The position numbers and the translations under genes are program-made. Positions 59,303 to 63,561 of a DNA stretch of 63,561 nucleotides are shown here, one piece after another. The stretch's first letter is position 1. Each line of letters starts with the position of its first letter. Source of the DNA: an uncultured Pelagibacteraceae bacterium (GTDB taxonomy: Bacteria; Pseudomonadota; Alphaproteobacteria; Pelagibacterales; Pelagibacteraceae); NCBI GenBank assembly GCA_902597555.1, contig CACJYE010000001.1, positions 1 through 63,561 of the forward strand, in the 5' to 3' direction. Below the pieces are notes generated by a model. That model saw only the letters and a list, made by a program, of their open reading frames with translations. It did no database searches and had not been told where the DNA came from.

Positions 59303-60748
59303 ATGACCATTGGTTGGCATTTTGATAATACGTATTCAAAGTTATCAAATACTTTTAAAGAAAATATTAAACCAACTCCTGTTCATGATCCTGAATTAGT
59401 AATTTTAAATGAGGAACTAGCATCTACTTTAAATTTAGATTTTTCAAAAACCGACAAAAAAAAATTAGCAGAAATATTTTCTGGAAACTCTATACCGGAA
59501 GAAACTAATACCATTGCACAAGCATATGCGGGTCATCAATTCGGACACTTTACTATGTTAGGAGATGGTAGAGCAGTTTTATTGGGTGAGCATTTAGTTA
59601 ATAATGACAATCGTTTTGATATTCAGTTTAAAGGTTCAGGAAGAACTTCTTTTTCTAGAGGGGGTGATGGAAGAGCAGCACTAGGACCTATGCTAAGAGA
59701 ATATATTATCAGTGAAGCGATACATTCATTAAATATTCCGACTACTAGAAGCCTTGCTGTAGTAAAAACAGGAGAAAAAGTTGTAAGAGAAAATCTTTTA
59801 CAGGGTGCTATATTAACAAGAGTTGCATCAAGTCATCTTCGAGTCGGAACATTTCAATATATTGCTGCAACTCAAAACATTGAAAATTTAAATACTTTAG
59901 TCGACTACACAATAAACAGACATTATCCAGAAATTAAAACATCAAATTCAAAAGCATTAGACTTGTTAAATCTTGTTATGGAAAAGCAATGTCAGCTTGT
60001 AATCAATTGGATGCGAGTTGGATTTATTCATGGGGTTATGAATACTGATAATATGGCAATTTCAGGTGAAACTATTGATTACGGTCCTTGTGCATTTATG
60101 GACCATTATGATCCAAAAACTGTATTTAGCTCAATCGATAAGTTTGGAAGATATGCCTTTTCTAATCAACCACCAATTACAAAGTGGAATTTAGCAAGAT
60201 TTGCTGAATGTTTGATCCCTCTAATTGATAAATATGAAGATTCTGCAATAAAATTAGCTTCAGATTTAATAGATAATTTCCAAAATATTTATGAAGATAA
60301 GTGGTTAAATATGATCAGAGATAAGCTTGGTCTATTTGGTAAGGAAAAAAATGATAAAAAATTAATTAATGATTTGTTTAATTGGATGGAAAAAAATAAA
60401 GCAGATTACACAAATACTTTTTGTCATTTAATGGGTATTAATTCTGATGAAGTTTACAAAAATGTTGAATTTATCAATTGGAAAAATGAATGGAAAAAAA
60501 GATCTGAGTTAAATAATTCAACTAAGGAAAAACAAATCAAACTTATGAGAAAAAATAATCCAACTGTTATTCCTAGAAATCATAAAGTAGAGGAAGCCTT
60601 AGCTGAAGCAGACAAAGGAAGTTTAAATAAAATGATAAAATTATTAGCTATTTTAAAAAATCCTTACGACAATCAAAATAATATTCAGGAATATCAAACG
60701 CCTGCTCCATCAAACAATGAAAAATATCAAACTTATTGTGGAACTTGA
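59303..60748 (+). CDS. selO: Protein adenylyltransferase SelO/YdiU
   Basis: YAGHQFG, LGDGRA, KGSGRT, GDGRA, HGVMNTDN and IDYGP motifs; C-terminal TYCGT. Confidence 0.96.
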   Translation: MTIGWHFDNTYSKLSNTFKENIKPTPVHDPELVILNEELASTLNLDFSKTDKKKLAEIFSGNSIPEETNTIAQAYAGHQFGHFTMLGDGRAVLLGEHLVNNDNRFDIQFKGSGRTSFSRGGDGRAALGPMLREYIISEAIHSLNIPTTRSLAVVKTGEKVVRENLLQGAILTRVASSHLRVGTFQYIAATQNIENLNTLVDYTINRHYPEIKTSNSKALDLLNLVMEKQCQLVINWMRVGFIHGVMNTDNMAISGETIDYGPCAFMDHYDPKTVFSSIDKFGRYAFSNQPPITKWNLARFAECLIPLIDKYEDSAIKLASDLIDNFQNIYEDKWLNMIRDKLGLFGKEKNDKKLINDLFNWMEKNKADYTNTFCHLMGINSDEVYKNVEFINWKNEWKKRSELNNSTKEKQIKLMRKNNPTVIPRNHKVEEALAEADKGSLNKMIKLLAILKNPYDNQNNIQEYQTPAPSNNEKYQTYCGT

Positions 60749-60750
60749 AA

Positions 60751-61854
60751 TTATAAAACGTAAGGCTCTGGCCTAGCTGATTTACCCAAAACTCTTTCAA
60801 CTGCAAAATGACTTATATCAATTGTTTGGTATGATCCTGTTGTGATTAATTCAGTTAAGGCCCTACCGATACCTGGTGCCTGCATTAAGCCTCGTCCGGT
60901 AAACCCAGATGCCATGTATACATTTTCGTATTTTGGATGTTTACCAACTACTGCATTATTATCCAATCTATTACAATCATAGTAACCTGCCCATCCACCA
61001 GTTAACTTTAATTCCTCAAAAGCAGGTATTCGTTTAGCTAGAGCTGGCCAGACTAATTCTTCAAAGTCATTCCAGGCTGGTTCTAAATCTTCTGCGTCGA
61101 ATACAGAAATAGGTGAGCCTGCTAAATATTCTCCTCCTTCTGGTCTCCAATAAACACCCGTTGTTAAATCTCCACTTAGTGGCATCTCTTTTATATATGT
61201 TGGGCATTTTACTCTAAACACGGTATGCTTTTGAGGAACAACAGGAATATCCTCTAACAATTCTTTTGTCCAACAACCAGCCGCAGAAACAATTGTTTTG
61301 GCATTTATTTCAGAAATACTTTTTACTTCACCCTTAATAAATTCTGCTCCAAGCTCTATAGCTTTGCTTTTAAGAGCGCTATGAAACATAAATGGATCAA
61401 TCCATCCTTCGCTTTGGTTATCTGTATAGGTTGCTGTTTCAATTCCCTCACTATTAACATAAGGAAAAACTTTTGATAATTCTGAGCCTTTAATATTTTT
61501 TGTTCCTGCATCACAATCTTTATGGTTTTCTAATGCTCTATATTGCTCTTCAGCATGTTCAGGGCCAAACATTAAAAGATATCCATTGGTTACCATACTA
61601 GCTGTTGGATTAGGATTTTTTTCTGTTTTTAATAATTCTGGTATTTGAAAAATAAATTCTCTTGCAAATTTTCCTAATAAAATATTTTCTTTTTGGAAAA
61701 ATTGTCTTCGAAATCCACCTAGGGATAATGGAAATGAAGCTGTTTTATAAGTAGGATCCCTTTCAATAACTTTTACTTTTCTACCTTCTTTGGATAAAAA
61801 ATAAGCAGTTGCCGCCCCAATTATTCCGCCACCAATTACTACAACATCATCCAT
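60751..61854 (-). CDS. FAD-dependent oxidoreductase, DAO/sarcosine oxidase beta/FOXRED1-like
   Basis: GGGIIG, ERDPTY..S...GG.R.QF, EGWIDP, WAGYYD and SGFTGRGLMQAPGIG motifs. Confidence 0.9.
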   Translation of the reverse strand: MDDVVVIGGGIIGAATAYFLSKEGRKVKVIERDPTYKTASFPLSLGGFRRQFFQKENILLGKFAREFIFQIPELLKTEKNPNPTASMVTNGYLLMFGPEHAEEQYRALENHKDCDAGTKNIKGSELSKVFPYVNSEGIETATYTDNQSEGWIDPFMFHSALKSKAIELGAEFIKGEVKSISEINAKTIVSAAGCWTKELLEDIPVVPQKHTVFRVKCPTYIKEMPLSGDLTTGVYWRPEGGEYLAGSPISVFDAEDLEPAWNDFEELVWPALAKRIPAFEELKLTGGWAGYYDCNRLDNNAVVGKHPKYENVYMASGFTGRGLMQAPGIGRALTELITTGSYQTIDISHFAVERVLGKSARPEPYVL

Positions 61855-61856
61855 AT

Positions 61857-62339
61857 CTAATTTAACATAATTAAGCTTGTATTCAGAATTAGTGCAAAGC
61901 TACACCAAAGTAAATATGGAATCATTAAGTAGGCGCTCAACATCTTGACGCGTTTAAACCTTAAAATTAAGTTAATTATCAATGCTATTAGAATGATTAA
62001 AACTAATAAAGCCAAGACCATATTGTGAAAAACAAAAAAAACTACACTCCAAGTTGTATTGAAAATTAAATGAATGAAGTAAATATAAACAGTATTCATA
62101 TCTCTATTTTTAGTATGCCAATAAAGCCATATAGAGAAAGTCATCATTAAATAAAGAGATGTCCAGACAGGACCAAATATCCAATCTGGAGGATTAAAAG
62201 TTGGTTTATTTAATAGTGAGTACCAAGGTTCTTTAAATGTAATTGTAGACAAACCTCCAATGAATGAGGCAGAGAATGTAATAGCAAGAAACAACAGAAA
62301 TGTTAAAAATTTGTTTTTAAGCATATTAAATATATACAT
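61857..62339 (-). CDS. tspO: TspO/MBR tryptophan-rich sensory protein
   Basis: WYSLLNKPTFNPPDWIFGPVWT, N..WS..FF and PYLLW..FA..LN motifs. Confidence 0.96.
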   Translation of the reverse strand: MYIFNMLKNKFLTFLLFLAITFSASFIGGLSTITFKEPWYSLLNKPTFNPPDWIFGPVWTSLYLMMTFSIWLYWHTKNRDMNTVYIYFIHLIFNTTWSVVFFVFHNMVLALLVLIILIALIINLILRFKRVKMLSAYLMIPYLLWCSFALILNTSLIMLN

Positions 62340-62347
62340 AACAAAAA

Positions 62348-63094
62348 ATGAGTAAAAAAACTATTTGGATTACAGGAGCTAGTAGTGGCATTGGGAAAGC
62401 AACTGCAATTAAATTTGCTGATGAAGGATGGAAGGTTCTTATTTCAGCTAGAAGAGCTGAATTATTAAATGAACTTTCAAAAAATGAAAATATTTTTTCA
62501 TATCCTTTAGATGTTACAGATATGGCTCAAACTAAAGAAGTATTTAGTAAAATAATCAATGATCATGAAAATATTGACCTATGTTTGTTTAGCTCAGGAA
62601 CTTATGAAAGAAAATCTGAGAAAGAATTAATAGTAGAAAATATCAGACATGTTATGGAGGTAAACTTTATTGGAGTAATTAATTGTGTAAGTGCAGTTGA
62701 AAAATATTATAAAACCAAACAAAACGGTCATGTTGCAATTGTTTCATCGCCAGTTGGTTATAGAGGTCTTCCAAAATCATCGGGATATACCCCCTCTAAA
62801 GCTGCACTTAATAATTTCACTCAAGGAATTTATTTTGATTTCAAAAAATTTAATATCAAAGTTACACTAATAACTCCTGGATTTATTAAAACAGCTCTTA
62901 CAGATAAAAATGAGTTTAAAATGCCTTTTTTAAAGTCTACAGAATATGCAGCAGATGAAATTTTTAATGGATTAACTAAAAAAAATAATTTTGAAATAAT
63001 TTTTCCTAATCAAATAAAATTAATCTATAAAATAATTCAAATACTGCCAAACAAAATCTATAATTACTTAATTTCTAAGTACGTAAATCGTTAA
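62348..63094 (+). CDS. Short-chain dehydrogenase/reductase
   Basis: WITGASSGIG, YTPSK (YxxxK), PGFIKT and N.FKMPF motifs. Confidence 0.93.
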   Translation: MSKKTIWITGASSGIGKATAIKFADEGWKVLISARRAELLNELSKNENIFSYPLDVTDMAQTKEVFSKIINDHENIDLCLFSSGTYERKSEKELIVENIRHVMEVNFIGVINCVSAVEKYYKTKQNGHVAIVSSPVGYRGLPKSSGYTPSKAALNNFTQGIYFDFKKFNIKVTLITPGFIKTALTDKNEFKMPFLKSTEYAADEIFNGLTKKNNFEIIFPNQIKLIYKIIQILPNKIYNYLISKYVNR

Positions 63095-63561
63095 TCCTTT
63101 ACAAACACAACTGTAAGCTCAGCTACTTTAAAACCAAACTTAGTCATGGTTGCTCTATTTATTGCAACCCTATCGTCTTGCTTAAAAATCCAGTCATCAA
63201 AAGTAATTTTTATCTCTTTACCTTTGACTGGGACTAATAAAACATACTCAAATTTAAAGGCTGATCCATAAGAATAACCTTTTGCTTTACCTACAACATC
63301 ACCTGCTGTTCCTTCATAATTGTGCTCGTCAATTTTGTTTATTGTCCATTCTCGGTCTTGAACCTCACCATCATCCCAATTAAATTTTTCTTTCAGAACT
63401 AACTGCTTTCCGTCCCAAGTTCCATTTAAATCTGCAGAAAATTGTCTCGTAACTTTTCCTGACCTATTTTGTAAAACACCCCAAGCCTTAACATTTCCAG
63501 ACAAATACTCTTCAATGATTAATCTTGGTTCTTTATTTTTAAAATCCTCAGGTTTCATAGC
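63091..63561 (-). CDS. DUF3833-family protein (5' end probably outside the window)
   Basis: AWG..Q.RSG...RQF, L.E.F..DDG..Q.R.W, A.DVVG.A.G, FDDW and KFG motifs. The frame stays open to the window edge. Confidence 0.88.
   Translation of the reverse strand, partial: AMKPEDFKNKEPRLIIEEYLSGNVKAWGVLQNRSGKVTRQFSADLNGTWDGKQLVLKEKFNWDDGEVQDREWTINKIDEHNYEGTAGDVVGKAKGYSYGSAFKFEYVLLVPVKGKEIKITFDDWIFKQDDRVAINRATMTKFGFKVAELTVVFVKD

Overview
Very AT-rich, extremely compact alphaproteobacterial chromosome segment. Gene content, order and tiny intergenic spacers fit a SAR11/Pelagibacterales genome (inference). Positions 1-33 kb are core housekeeping genes: rne, thiGS, aroQ, accBC, aspS, purMN, ndk, pepA, lptFGD-surA-pdxA-rsmA, gmk, fabDG-acpP, rpsF-rpsR-rplI, dnaB, cvpA-purF and gshAB. 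This part includes an orphan NrdJ C-terminal (TSCPD-like) gene and a purM split by a homopolymer frameshift. Positions 33-51 kb are accessory-like: transporters, a PhyH-family dioxygenase, a TPR-glycosyltransferase, two Gfo/Idh/MocA enzymes, pcs, a CRTAC1-like protein, an atypical photolyase and a creatinase + amidinotransferase operon. Positions 51-63.5 kb hold a Moco/NAD-dependent formate dehydrogenase cluster, selO and tspO/SDR/DUF3833. The most striking unexplained structure is a 1.9 kb integrase-less insertion (about 45885-47785) in a small ORF6C-like gene. It leaves a truncated 22-codon copy of that gene on the left and supplies a diverged replacement 5' end on the right. Its single cargo gene, a DNA methyltransferase-Mrr-like fusion, is bracketed by a second, inner pair of about 50 bp direct repeats, giving a nested, cassette-like layout. 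No rRNA, tRNA or CRISPR array was seen. All family assignments are by eye from motifs, with no database search.
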